Shown here in pieces: positions 45,054-54,066 of a stretch of DNA of 64,000 nt (position 1 is the stretch's first letter; every line of letters starts with the position of its first letter). A model generated the notes under the pieces. It searched no databases. It saw nothing but the letters and a program-made list of their open reading frames with translations, and was not told the origin of the DNA. Both the position numbers and the translations under genes were made by a program. The DNA is from a virus (Duplodnaviria > Caudoviricetes), in the IMG/VR virus record IMGVR_UViG_3300029288_000065, positions 128,001-192,000 of that record. One strand, written 5' to 3'.

Positions 45054-47018
45054 TCAGCAGCGGATTGCGCGAAGAATCTTCATCTTCGCATTGTGGAGAA
45101 CCTGCCTAACATGCTTTAGATTAACGTCTCTTGCGGCTGCAACAGTCAAGACCCCAGGAATGGTCTTTTCCTTGGTACCGGTATCATCCTTCTCCTTAAT
45201 AGGAGACTTGAATACCAGAGGATACTGGTGAGCAATTTCCTCTACTTCCTTGATTTTCTGATGATCAAGGCCATAAGCCTGAGCGAACACCAGATTCTCT
45301 TCCAGAGTCAAACCAGCAAACTTCCTGGCCGTCTGGACCAGAGGGTAAAACTTCGGATCTTCCTCCAACTCCTCGAAAGAGAGATCCTGGAGCTTCTTGT
45401 CGCCAGCTTCCTGGAACTGGGCAATCCTCTGACGAGAAACGGTCCTGTTCTTGTTGGTATCATTGGTCAACTTGCCGAAGTTATTGGCTATCTCAGAACC
45501 AGCCAATTTCTCCTTCCCGTTGATCCCATAGATGTGCTCCAACACCACACGCTGCTTGTCAGAAAGGACTACTTGGGAAGTAAGCCTGCTTACCAGTTCT
45601 ACCATCTCATTCTGGCTAGCAATCTCATCCGGCTGAGCGAACGGAATACCAGTCTGGAATCCACCATCAGTCCTCTTGGCGAGCAAGTCAGCCTTCTGAG
45701 AATAGCTGACCGTACCAGTCAGGACTCCACCCTCTTCAGGATCTTCTGCCCCATCCAGACTCACAGGATTCCCATGGAAATCAGGATTAGTGGCGAAAAG
45801 CTGAACCAGGTCAGCCACGCATTGGACACGGTCAGAACTACTGGCATTTAGTGATACCTTCCTGGACCCAGGAGTATTGTTGAACTTCAAGTTTAGATAA
45901 TCAACCAGGTAATCCAGAACATCGCCATCCAGGTTTCTGAGGTTAAACTTCCCAGAAACTACCCAAATGTAGACGTTCTTCTGACCAAGTTTCTGGATCA
46001 GTCGGTATTGCCAGTTGGGAGGAGTACCGATTCCCAGACCATCAGTCCCGTTGATAATTTCATAGGACTTGTCAGACTTTGACAGTTCAAGATATGAATT
46101 GAAACCCTGGTCCTTAGCAATTTCGTCCAGTTCTCTGGACCCGATAGGCCCCAGGAAGTTCTCTTCCCAATAAATTATCTCGTCGAGATATTCATATACT
46201 TTGTCCTTTATTTCTTGGATCTTTGTCTCGGATTTTACATCTTCGAAGGATTCATATTTTAGCGTCTGGGCATGCCTGTCCATTTCATGTTGCTTGACTT
46301 TTCCAGTCAGATAGATGGTGATTGCTTGTAGAACTTCGGTCACGGACGGGCGTTTTTCAGGAGTTTTTACGATTCCTGATTGGGCTGACGGGCGGCGTGT
46401 ACTGGTTCTGATTCTGCTGTAGCCGTGCTTGGCGAATGGTGCCATTCCTGCATCGGTCTTGATTGCGAACATCAGGCCTATTGCGCCGTTCTGTTTGCAT
46501 TCGTCCACGTCGCAGCGCTTGGAGTAGTAGCGTTTGGCGTTTTCTCCAATATAATTGCTCATTGCCTCTACGAGTTCGTCTTGTGTCCAGTTGTAGAGGA
46601 GTGGATGTTTGATCTTGTTGAGGGAGTCGAAGGTCTTGGGGAGCTTGCAGAATTCTTCGTATTCTTCCTTGGTCGGGAGGCCTTGGTAGCGGGTAATCTC
46701 GACTCCGTTCACTTTGACTTTTAGGATTTGTGTAATCTTCTTTAGAGTCTTGACTGAGCGTTGGACGTTGAAGAAGATTTGGATTTTTTCTTCCGGGACG
46801 CCGATGGAGAGCAGGTGGTCGCGGATGACTTTTTCGAGTTCTTGGTTTTTGCTGTTGTCTTCTTTCTTTTGTTTCTTGATGCTTTTCTTGTCATAGACGA
46901 TTTCGGCGCGGATGAATTGTTCTGCTTCTTTGTTTCCGATATTAGCCGTCAGGTTCTGACGGATTTCCTCTAGCAGAAGGGCATGATCAGAGACGATGAG
47001 GGGTGGTTCTTTGGACAT
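45054..47018 (-). CDS. Phage sigma70-family factor (654 aa) with insertion and duplicated region 4
   Basis: AKRY...VDECKQNGAIGLMFAI...FAKHGYSRIR (region 2); VSLDG (3.2); LSDKQRVVLEHIYG...EIA...VSRQRIAQ (4); AAGGAG before MSKE. Confidence 0.8.
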   Translation of the reverse strand: MSKEPPLIVSDHALLLEEIRQNLTANIGNKEAEQFIRAEIVYDKKSIKKQKKEDNSKNQELEKVIRDHLLSIGVPEEKIQIFFNVQRSVKTLKKITQILKVKVNGVEITRYQGLPTKEEYEEFCKLPKTFDSLNKIKHPLLYNWTQDELVEAMSNYIGENAKRYYSKRCDVDECKQNGAIGLMFAIKTDAGMAPFAKHGYSRIRTSTRRPSAQSGIVKTPEKRPSVTEVLQAITIYLTGKVKQHEMDRHAQTLKYESFEDVKSETKIQEIKDKVYEYLDEIIYWEENFLGPIGSRELDEIAKDQGFNSYLELSKSDKSYEIINGTDGLGIGTPPNWQYRLIQKLGQKNVYIWVVSGKFNLRNLDGDVLDYLVDYLNLKFNNTPGSRKVSLNASSSDRVQCVADLVQLFATNPDFHGNPVSLDGAEDPEEGGVLTGTVSYSQKADLLAKRTDGGFQTGIPFAQPDEIASQNEMVELVSRLTSQVVLSDKQRVVLEHIYGINGKEKLAGSEIANNFGKLTNDTNKNRTVSRQRIAQFQEAGDKKLQDLSFEELEEDPKFYPLVQTARKFAGLTLEENLVFAQAYGLDHQKIKEVEEIAHQYPLVFKSPIKEKDDTGTKEKTIPGVLTVAAARDVNLKHVRQVLHNAKMKILRAIRC

Positions 47019-47062
47019 GTTCGGCTCCTTTCGTCGCACGAACGGCACGAGATGACACGAGA

Positions 47063-47091
47063 ATTTTACCACATTTGGTGGTTTTTGTCAA
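47063..47091 (-). promoter_or_regulatory. Canonical sigma70 promoter TTGACA-17-TAAAAT driving the sigma gene
   Basis: Near-consensus, with an extended TG. Confidence 0.75.
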
Positions 47092-47118
47092 GTATCGAGT
47101 TTGTGCGAATACCAAGAG

Positions 47119-47805
47119 TTATTTTTGATTATAACTTACATTTAACTCTGATAACAGTGTTTCCCAGTTCGAACTGAAATATTTAATCAAAGTCAACAAG
47201 TGGTCAAGAGTTTTTCCTTTCGGATCTGCTAAGTCCGTTGGGATTATATGATCTGGATTACGGTGATTCTGTAACCTAAAGACGACATTCCCATCAACAA
47301 TCAGGATGAAGAAAGGCATAATAGTTGGACTTACGATAAGGTAAGGAACTTCTGAGTTATTATAATCCCGATAAGTGTATCGAGATACTTTGTAACCTTG
47401 TTCTTTCAAGAAGAATTTGATTACATTTAGGGTATCTGGGTTTTCCTTTAGTTGTTTCTTCTTTAGGATTTGTTTTCGGTCATCTTCGATATGTTCTATA
47501 ATCTTGTCACATAATCCGATATGTCCGTTGGTGTAGATTCTATCATGCCAGATATCTCTAAACCGTGCTGTTTGGATAGCCATATATAAGTTTGTTTCCG
47601 TTTCCGTAAAGATCACGAAATACTTCTCATTCTTATACTTTATAGTGAAGATATACTTGGTTTCAGTCCAAGTAGCACCTGGATATTTTGGTTCAGTAAT
47701 TACTCTAAAATCAGTAGTTTGAAACGATTTGCTGTCGTCCAGCCAAGTTTTAAATTCCTGCAATTTTCTCAGCTGTTCAGGATCTTCTTTTATGACGCCA
47801 CCCAT
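47119..47805 (-). CDS. DP-motif family protein (two-domain)
   Basis: TDLADPKGKTLDHLL; AGGAG before MGGV. Confidence 0.65.
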   Translation of the reverse strand: MGGVIKEDPEQLRKLQEFKTWLDDSKSFQTTDFRVITEPKYPGATWTETKYIFTIKYKNEKYFVIFTETETNLYMAIQTARFRDIWHDRIYTNGHIGLCDKIIEHIEDDRKQILKKKQLKENPDTLNVIKFFLKEQGYKVSRYTYRDYNNSEVPYLIVSPTIMPFFILIVDGNVVFRLQNHRNPDHIIPTDLADPKGKTLDHLLTLIKYFSSNWETLLSELNVSYNQK

Positions 47806-47999
47806 TCTCTGATCTCCTGTATGCTTTTCTTTGAACCCATGACAGTAAATCTCCAAACACCATTCCCAAGGTGCGTCGGATTTAATACCTTCACTCTGTA
47901 CCTGGGCCATCCCTGCACATCCATGATATTATCCTGTATTTCTCGTTTTCTGTTTTCAGTGTCGAATGTCCATTTCTGTTTCCAGGAGATTCTTTTCAT
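47790..47999 (-). CDS. Hypothetical protein
   Basis: AGGAG RBS; ATGA overlap. Confidence 0.55.
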   Translation of the reverse strand: MKRISWKQKWTFDTENRKREIQDNIMDVQGWPRYRVKVLNPTHLGNGVWRFTVMGSKKSIQEIREWVAS

Positions 48000-48496
48000 G
48001 GTGCTTCTCCTATCGCGAACATCTTCAAGAGTTTTCTGTTTTCTTCTGGAGATGGAGAATTCTTCCCAGCTTCATGAAGTGCTGTCCAAACTTGAGCATA
48101 AATTCCATTGCTCTTCCAAGCTTCCAGGATTGACATCAAACCATCAATTGAAATCTCATTGGCTGATTCAGCGGTCATTTGGGCATCAAAGAAAGCGCAT
48201 CCGAATGGTGCGTTTTTGTGAATCTTGCAACTCATATCATCACAGAAGAATCTACAACTCCCCTTTGCGTTTCTGGCAGGGACAAGAGTTGGTATCTTTA
48301 CAATTTCTCCATCCATTACTACTGTTGCTCCTGGACTAGCCAGTAGATTTTCCATCGCCCATTCCATAATCGGCTTCTTCCCGGCCATTCTCGGAAGATC
48401 ATTGGGAATAAGGTAGCCTGGGATGAAGACGCAATTCAGGATGTCATTCGTACTCGCGCTGCTTGTTCTAGTGTATCCGAATTCAGTCCTGGCCAT
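47996..48496 (-). CDS. YkgJ-like cysteine-cluster protein
   Basis: CRFF...CKIH..AP.GC..F. Confidence 0.65.
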   Translation of the reverse strand: MARTEFGYTRTSSASTNDILNCVFIPGYLIPNDLPRMAGKKPIMEWAMENLLASPGATVVMDGEIVKIPTLVPARNAKGSCRFFCDDMSCKIHKNAPFGCAFFDAQMTAESANEISIDGLMSILEAWKSNGIYAQVWTALHEAGKNSPSPEENRKLLKMFAIGEAP

Positions 48497-48771
48497 GTTA
48501 CCCCCAATTCTTTGAGTCTGTCGTAGTTGACTTTATAAAATCCAGGTATATTACTCTCAAATGTATGCAATATTCTGGATTTCAACCACACTAATATAAT
48601 GTTGTCGACATCTTGATCCAATTCTTCAAAATCATCATAATGGGATTTATATTTAAAAACCCAATAATTTTCAAATGATGTTTGGGTGAACCAAGTGCTG
48701 AAAGCGATATATTCCCAATATTCTTCAAAGATCTTGAGTAAATCACAGTTTGGATCGTGTATGTCTACCAT
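48436..48771 (-). CDS. DP-motif family protein (N-terminal motif type)
   Basis: MVDIHDPNCDLLKIFEEYWEY. Confidence 0.65.
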   Translation of the reverse strand: MVDIHDPNCDLLKIFEEYWEYIAFSTWFTQTSFENYWVFKYKSHYDDFEELDQDVDNIILVWLKSRILHTFESNIPGFYKVNYDRLKELGVTWPGLNSDTLEQAARVRMTS

Positions 48772-49121
48772 CGGCCTAACCTCGTTAGAAATTTCTTGTG
48801 GCTCATAATGTCTTTTGTAATATATCTCTTCATATTCTTAATTGAATTGGGATCTGAGAGTGGAAATAGATATGACCTATTTCCACACCATAATTTAAAA
48901 TTATCATCTTGGAAACATATATCCCAGTAGATTTCAGTATTACTCTTACAAAATCCTATCGATAATGTTGTTGGTCTTTGCATGAATGATAATTTATCGA
49001 CAAAAAAGAGCTTTGACTCAACTTCCCAGAATTTAAATTTCTTTTGACGATAATGTTTTTCCATGTCCTTCCTCAATTCATCCAATATCTTGTCTTCTGT
49101 TTTCATTTGATCGTACCACAT
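48765..49121 (-). CDS. DP-motif family protein
   Basis: FPLSDPNSIKNMKRYI. Confidence 0.65.
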   Translation of the reverse strand: MWYDQMKTEDKILDELRKDMEKHYRQKKFKFWEVESKLFFVDKLSFMQRPTTLSIGFCKSNTEIYWDICFQDDNFKLWCGNRSYLFPLSDPNSIKNMKRYITKDIMSHKKFLTRLGRW

Positions 49122-49642
49122 TTCCCAAGGAATTGTTGGACACTTGTGTTCAACTCTTTAAAGAATTTCTCATGTTCAGTCTTTTTCTGGTATGCCAGAT
49201 CAATAAGTCCAACTATCTTCTCTGGATCGAAGCATGGGTCTGATATAAGACATGTGTCTATATTCCAGTCGATTGATCCTTCGTCATCAGTGAAGATATT
49301 AATCTCTATATTAATAATATTATCATCATTTGGGTTTAAAAAGATGCGCATATCACTATCTCCATTATCTTTATGCCCAATATCTATGGAATAATTATTC
49401 CAATCTACATCATATTTAATTTTACGATTCTTGCAAATCATAACTATCTTAGAAAGAATCAGTTTCTTTACATCAGAATATTTAACAGCTTTATTTATGT
49501 GTAGTTGTTCATATTTCTTGTTCAACTCATCATTGTGTTTTAAAAGGGCTTCTGCAAGTTCTTTCATAGCTGTTGGTGAATATGGAATAGCAACATGTAC
49601 TCTCTTATTGTAACATAATTTTAAATCTACTGGTTTTCCCAA
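49103..49642 (-). CDS. DP-motif family protein
   Basis: CLISDPCFDPEKIVGLI. Confidence 0.65.
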   Translation of the reverse strand: MGKPVDLKLCYNKRVHVAIPYSPTAMKELAEALLKHNDELNKKYEQLHINKAVKYSDVKKLILSKIVMICKNRKIKYDVDWNNYSIDIGHKDNGDSDMRIFLNPNDDNIINIEINIFTDDEGSIDWNIDTCLISDPCFDPEKIVGLIDLAYQKKTEHEKFFKELNTSVQQFLGKCGTIK

Positions 49643-49866
49643 TTATCGCAATTAATATTCCACCTCCGACTATTTATAATAATTCTAATTGTATGATATC
49701 CGTTATGGGTCTCAGTACCATAATTTGCTTTAAAGGCGGGTTTACTTTCGTCGTCGATCCAATAACATAGCCTATCAAAAGCTATATCCCCAAAATTCCC
49801 CAATTCTTTTGAAATTCGCAGCGATATTTCTCTTGCTCTACGCCCATCAGCATCTATTGTCTCCAT
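49627..49866 (-). CDS. Hypothetical protein
   Basis: RBS and operon spacing. Confidence 0.5.
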   Translation of the reverse strand: METIDADGRRAREISLRISKELGNFGDIAFDRLCYWIDDESKPAFKANYGTETHNGYHTIRIIINSRRWNINCDNWENQ

Positions 49867-49877
49867 CCCTTTCTCTC

Positions 49878-50078
49878 CTAATCACACCATGGACCAAAAT
49901 GTTGTATCTTTTTGTCTTTATGGAGTTTGTGTAGAGATTCACTTAATGCATCCCAGAGTTGACGTTTTAGTTTTCTTGCCCCTGTCGTCGTTTCAATTTC
50001 AACCGAGAAGTCTTCAAAAATATTATCATCTTTTTCTGAGGACACAGTAACGTTGACGGTAAAATTTTTCTTTTTCAT
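49878..50078 (-). CDS. Hypothetical protein
   Basis: AGGAG RBS. Confidence 0.55.
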   Translation of the reverse strand: MKKKNFTVNVTVSSEKDDNIFEDFSVEIETTTGARKLKRQLWDALSESLHKLHKDKKIQHFGPWCD

Positions 50079-50087
50079 TTTATTCTC

Positions 50088-52004
50088 CTAACCAAGAAGC
50101 TTCCGGAAATCCTCCAAAGACACAACAGTGACACCCAAAGAAGCAGCCTTCTGCATCTTACTACTACCACTACCAACATCCTTAGCAACCAAATAATCCA
50201 GACCCTTAGCAACACCAGACTTCTCCTTGGCACCAGCAGCCTGGAATTTGGTAATCTCATCACCCTTCAACCGAACACCAGTAAAACAGACCGACTTCCC
50301 ACTCAGAGGATGACTGGTATTGACCTGAACCTTCTCAGGGAGGGTGATTGTAACATATTTAAGCAATTTCTCGATCTGTGGCTTGGCCTTCTGAATACCA
50401 GCCACAATACCAGGAGCCTTACTCCCTTCCTCACTGAAACCAGCCATATTCCTCAATTGATCAACCGTCACTGCCATAAACTTCTCCAGAGTATCAATCC
50501 CTTGACCCATCATAATCTCAGCTTGACGGCGACCCATGAACTGAATACCCAAGCTACCAATGAAATCGTTTAACTCACAAGACCTGGATTTGTTGATCTC
50601 CACCATAATCTGCTTACTTGCAGTACCAACAATCCCCTGACCCCTCTTGACCTTGTACAGATCTTCTTCCTTGATTGTGTACAGGTCAGCAGGAGTTAAG
50701 ATACTATGGTGGTTGAACAATTCAGCAAGAAGTTCATCGCCAACAAACTTAATCTCCCTTTTGGTAACCCAGTTTTTGAGCCGCTGGAAGGCTTTTCCAT
50801 CGCAGGCGTCATTCTTACAGGTCCAGTGGACTCCTTCCTTAACTAGGTCAGAGTTGCAAACGATACACTTGGTGGGAGGAACAATTGGTTTATTGGTAAT
50901 GTCGATCACCCTATTAACGTGTGGGATGACATCACCAGCACGTTCAACTTCGATTTGGCATCCTTCCGTGAGACCGAGTTCTTTGATATAGTCATAATTG
51001 TTCAGGAGTACATGGGAAATTGTAACACCGCCGACACGGACTGGCTTCAGGACGCCGGTAGGAATCATTGCCCCTGTGTGTCCCTGGGAAACCATGATCC
51101 CTTCAAGGATGGTGATTGCTTTCTGTGATGCAAATTTGACGCATCTTTGCCCCTTTGGCCGCATATCAGAACTCGCTCCGAGTGCAGCCTGGACGAAGAG
51201 ATAATTCGCTCTGACAATTACTCCGTCAATTTCAAAATCAACGAATTCTCGTTCATTCTCAAGATCTTTATAGGCTTTCCAGACTTCTGCTCCGTTGTTG
51301 AATTCTTTATGGTCAACTGTTTGGAATCCCAGTCCTTTGATGAACTCGATTCGTTCCGATTCTGTATCCCATTCTTTCCCGTTGCAGACATCGTAACAGA
51401 TGATATTGAAGTGCTTCTGGAGATCTCCACCTTTCCTGTCTCGGAGGAGTCCCGAGACGGTATTTCGTGGGTTTTGGTATCCCAGTGGTTCGAAGATTTC
51501 TTTAAATTTCTTGACTGCCAGGATGCCTTCGCCACGGATAGAGCCTGTGAAGTTGCTCTTGAGTTTCTTGGGGACGCCAGGGATTTTGAGGACGTTTTCT
51601 GTGATATCCTCTCCCTTGTACCCGTCTCCTCGTGTAACGGCGTTAATTAGTTTGCCGTTTTCGTAGTTGAGAGCTACGGAGTTACCGTCCAGTTTCCATT
51701 GCATGACCAGGATAGGTTTGTTTTCTCCTGTTGCGGAGACAATTCCGTCTACCCATTGGTCGAATTCTTCTCGGTCTTTGAGTTTCTCTTGGGAGCCCAT
51801 TGGGATTTTGTGTTCTACAACTTGTCCGAGTGGGGGCGCTCCGATTTCTTTTAGGACTGTATTTTCGGGGTCCAGGATTCGGAGTTCGTCTACCAGGATA
51901 TCGAAGTCTGAGTCTTGCATGATTGCTGTACCAGTATTATAGTAGGCATCAGATGCTTCTTTGATCTGTTTGGATAGTTGGGCGATGCGTTCTTTCTTTT
52001 CCAT
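50088..52004 (-). CDS. ligA: NAD-dependent DNA ligase
   Basis: AYYN...DSDFD, KLDG, TRGDG..GEDIT, NPRN, DGVI, RAGDVIP, zinc finger, HhH, and BRCT (VCFTG...DYLV). Confidence 0.95.
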   Translation of the reverse strand: MEKKERIAQLSKQIKEASDAYYNTGTAIMQDSDFDILVDELRILDPENTVLKEIGAPPLGQVVEHKIPMGSQEKLKDREEFDQWVDGIVSATGENKPILVMQWKLDGNSVALNYENGKLINAVTRGDGYKGEDITENVLKIPGVPKKLKSNFTGSIRGEGILAVKKFKEIFEPLGYQNPRNTVSGLLRDRKGGDLQKHFNIICYDVCNGKEWDTESERIEFIKGLGFQTVDHKEFNNGAEVWKAYKDLENEREFVDFEIDGVIVRANYLFVQAALGASSDMRPKGQRCVKFASQKAITILEGIMVSQGHTGAMIPTGVLKPVRVGGVTISHVLLNNYDYIKELGLTEGCQIEVERAGDVIPHVNRVIDITNKPIVPPTKCIVCNSDLVKEGVHWTCKNDACDGKAFQRLKNWVTKREIKFVGDELLAELFNHHSILTPADLYTIKEEDLYKVKRGQGIVGTASKQIMVEINKSRSCELNDFIGSLGIQFMGRRQAEIMMGQGIDTLEKFMAVTVDQLRNMAGFSEEGSKAPGIVAGIQKAKPQIEKLLKYVTITLPEKVQVNTSHPLSGKSVCFTGVRLKGDEITKFQAAGAKEKSGVAKGLDYLVAKDVGSGSSKMQKAASLGVTVVSLEDFRKLLG

Positions 52005-52061
52005 GGTTTCTCCCTTGTTTGTTGTCTTATTGGAAGTATCGTTTGGAAGTCTTTAAGTAAG

Positions 52062-52394
52062 CTATTTCTTTTTGAGTCGTGATATTGGTTCTGAAATTAT
52101 TTTGATAAATTCTGCTGGAGTACATTTGGGATCTTCTAATTCAAATGATACTTTGGGATCCCATTTTGATTTTCCGTTTATATAAGTAACTCGTCTTATA
52201 TGGTCATCAAATATTAATCTACCTATATCCTTCCCTCTCCAGGTTAGTTTCCATACTGTTACGTAATATGGTTTTGCTTCTCTGTTTTCGCTATGATCCC
52301 TAAAGGCAGAGAATCCAAATCCAGGTGGCATTCCTTCGATAATTTCATCCAAGAAATAATCTTTCCATGAGATATCAAGTATCGCTTCACTCAT
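52062..52394 (-). CDS. DP-motif family protein
   Basis: FELEDPKCTPAEFIKII. Confidence 0.65.
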   Translation of the reverse strand: MSEAILDISWKDYFLDEIIEGMPPGFGFSAFRDHSENREAKPYYVTVWKLTWRGKDIGRLIFDDHIRRVTYINGKSKWDPKVSFELEDPKCTPAEFIKIISEPISRLKKK

Positions 52395-53074
52395 TATGCT
52401 GCACCTTTGTAAACCTCGCGTCTTCCATCATCGCCCGAACGCCACTTAATCTTGATCAGAGTTGCCGACTTCTTACACTCAACTCTGTCTCCAACGATCG
52501 TATCATTTTTATGACGGAGGACTATACCTTCCGTCCATGAAATACTCTTCATCTCCTCAAAAAATTCACTGAATTTTTGACCTTCCTTAGGTCGGATTGG
52601 AAGTCTTACATGATTATTTAGCTTGTTGACAGAGAAGAAAGTTTCTTTCCTCATAAACCAAGGAGTAGTACCCATCCACATATCCTTCCACCAAAGAACA
52701 TCCAAAAGGAACAAAGACTCAGGAATCTCACCAATAGTCCGACGATCCAACCACTCACTATCCAACATAGACAAATCAGGAAGCATCAAATTCTCGACAG
52801 TTTCAACAATCTCCTCCTTGACTGGGATATTAGTAGGACCACCCTTATCAATCCCACGCCGGCTAAGGAAGAAAAGATCCTTATTCTTACCACGTGCCCA
52901 ACTCAGATTTCCACCAGGATAGGACTTGATAATCCCCTGCGAAGCATCCCTACAAATCAGAGTACGCCAACCATCAACTTTGGAAGTACAATCCCATAGA
53001 TTTAGTTCCCCATCCATCTTGGGGAAGACCTGACGGAACATTTCGAGAGGCTTCATGGGAAATCGCAGAATCAT
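52394..53074 (-). CDS. Stand-alone ATP-dependent ligase-type nucleotidyltransferase domain
   Basis: Motif I KVDGWR, SRRG, III LDSEW, IIIa LLDVL, IV EGIVLR, V IKIK; no OB domain. Confidence 0.8.
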   Translation of the reverse strand: MILRFPMKPLEMFRQVFPKMDGELNLWDCTSKVDGWRTLICRDASQGIIKSYPGGNLSWARGKNKDLFFLSRRGIDKGGPTNIPVKEEIVETVENLMLPDLSMLDSEWLDRRTIGEIPESLFLLDVLWWKDMWMGTTPWFMRKETFFSVNKLNNHVRLPIRPKEGQKFSEFFEEMKSISWTEGIVLRHKNDTIVGDRVECKKSATLIKIKWRSGDDGRREVYKGAA

Positions 53075-53084
53075 GTCTTTCTCC

Positions 53085-53357
53085 TTACCACTCGTTGAAT
53101 TGTTTCAAGCCACCAAACTTTTTGAAAATCGGTGGTAGCTCCAAACCCAACTCTCTATCCATATCACCAGGCTGTAGATCAGGAGCTCTCTCGATAAATC
53201 TTTCCATTGTATTCAAAAGAATACGAAATTCTTCCTTTGTAAGATTCACGACCGTCACATCAGATTGGTTACACCCCAATTCTGATGCAGTTACACCTGC
53301 AATCTCATATTTGGAACTCTTACCCAACTTGTTTGACAGGACTATGACTCTTTTCAC
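53085..53357 (-). CDS. Hypothetical protein
   Basis: GAGG RBS; GTG start. Confidence 0.55.
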   Translation of the reverse strand: MKRVIVLSNKLGKSSKYEIAGVTASELGCNQSDVTVVNLTKEEFRILLNTMERFIERAPDLQPGDMDRELGLELPPIFKKFGGLKQFNEW

Positions 53358-54066
53358 TGTTCACCTCAAGTAATTTCTTGGTCATGTCATCATATTGCTG
53401 AGCAAACTCTCTTGCTTGTGCAAGAGACATATTTCGTGGACAATATGCCCGAGGATTACCGTATTTCTTATCAATGGTCCCTGGAATTGCCTGTAATCCT
53501 GTCACCAACTTTAACCATTGTTCATCTGCCCAAGGCGGAGTCCAGGAAGGCGATCTACAAATGAATACTACGTCATATTCACTCTTCGGAGGAAGACCGT
53601 AATGTACTTCGCATTTCTTTGAACCTTCCTCTTCGTGTCCTTTTCGCCATTCTGGGTAGTATAATTTGTATTTAGAGATAATTTTCTTCTTGACACCATG
53701 GTAGGCCCAGTTACTGCAGTCCAGGACTTTGGTTTGTTGGTAACCATAGTCGTGGTGAGCGTCTAAGTTGATTAGTTCGATTCCTCGTAGTTCTCTAAGT
53801 AGTCCGTAGATGTCTCGGTGTGATTCTGTTACGCAGATATGCATTGGTCGTGGTTTTACCACTTTATTCCAGAAAGTCTTTATTACTTCTGGATCTGGGT
53901 TGAAGATTTCACAGGCGTTGTTTTTGCCGTTTCTGTCTTTGGTGTTGGTTCTGGTTACCCAGATTAGTTCGTAGAATAATTCTCTGTCTTCGTGACTTCC
54001 CCAATCATACCAGGTTGGATCTGGGAAGAACCAATCCCAATCTACACTAAGGACTTTGATTGGCAT
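53320..54066 (-). CDS. UPF0489-like (arginase/deacetylase fold) protein
   Basis: LSVDWDWF, ESH, INLDAHHD, DCSNW, FICRSPSWTPP. Confidence 0.75.
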   Translation of the reverse strand: MPIKVLSVDWDWFFPDPTWYDWGSHEDRELFYELIWVTRTNTKDRNGKNNACEIFNPDPEVIKTFWNKVVKPRPMHICVTESHRDIYGLLRELRGIELINLDAHHDYGYQQTKVLDCSNWAYHGVKKKIISKYKLYYPEWRKGHEEEGSKKCEVHYGLPPKSEYDVVFICRSPSWTPPWADEQWLKLVTGLQAIPGTIDKKYGNPRAYCPRNMSLAQAREFAQQYDDMTKKLLEVNSEKSHSPVKQVG

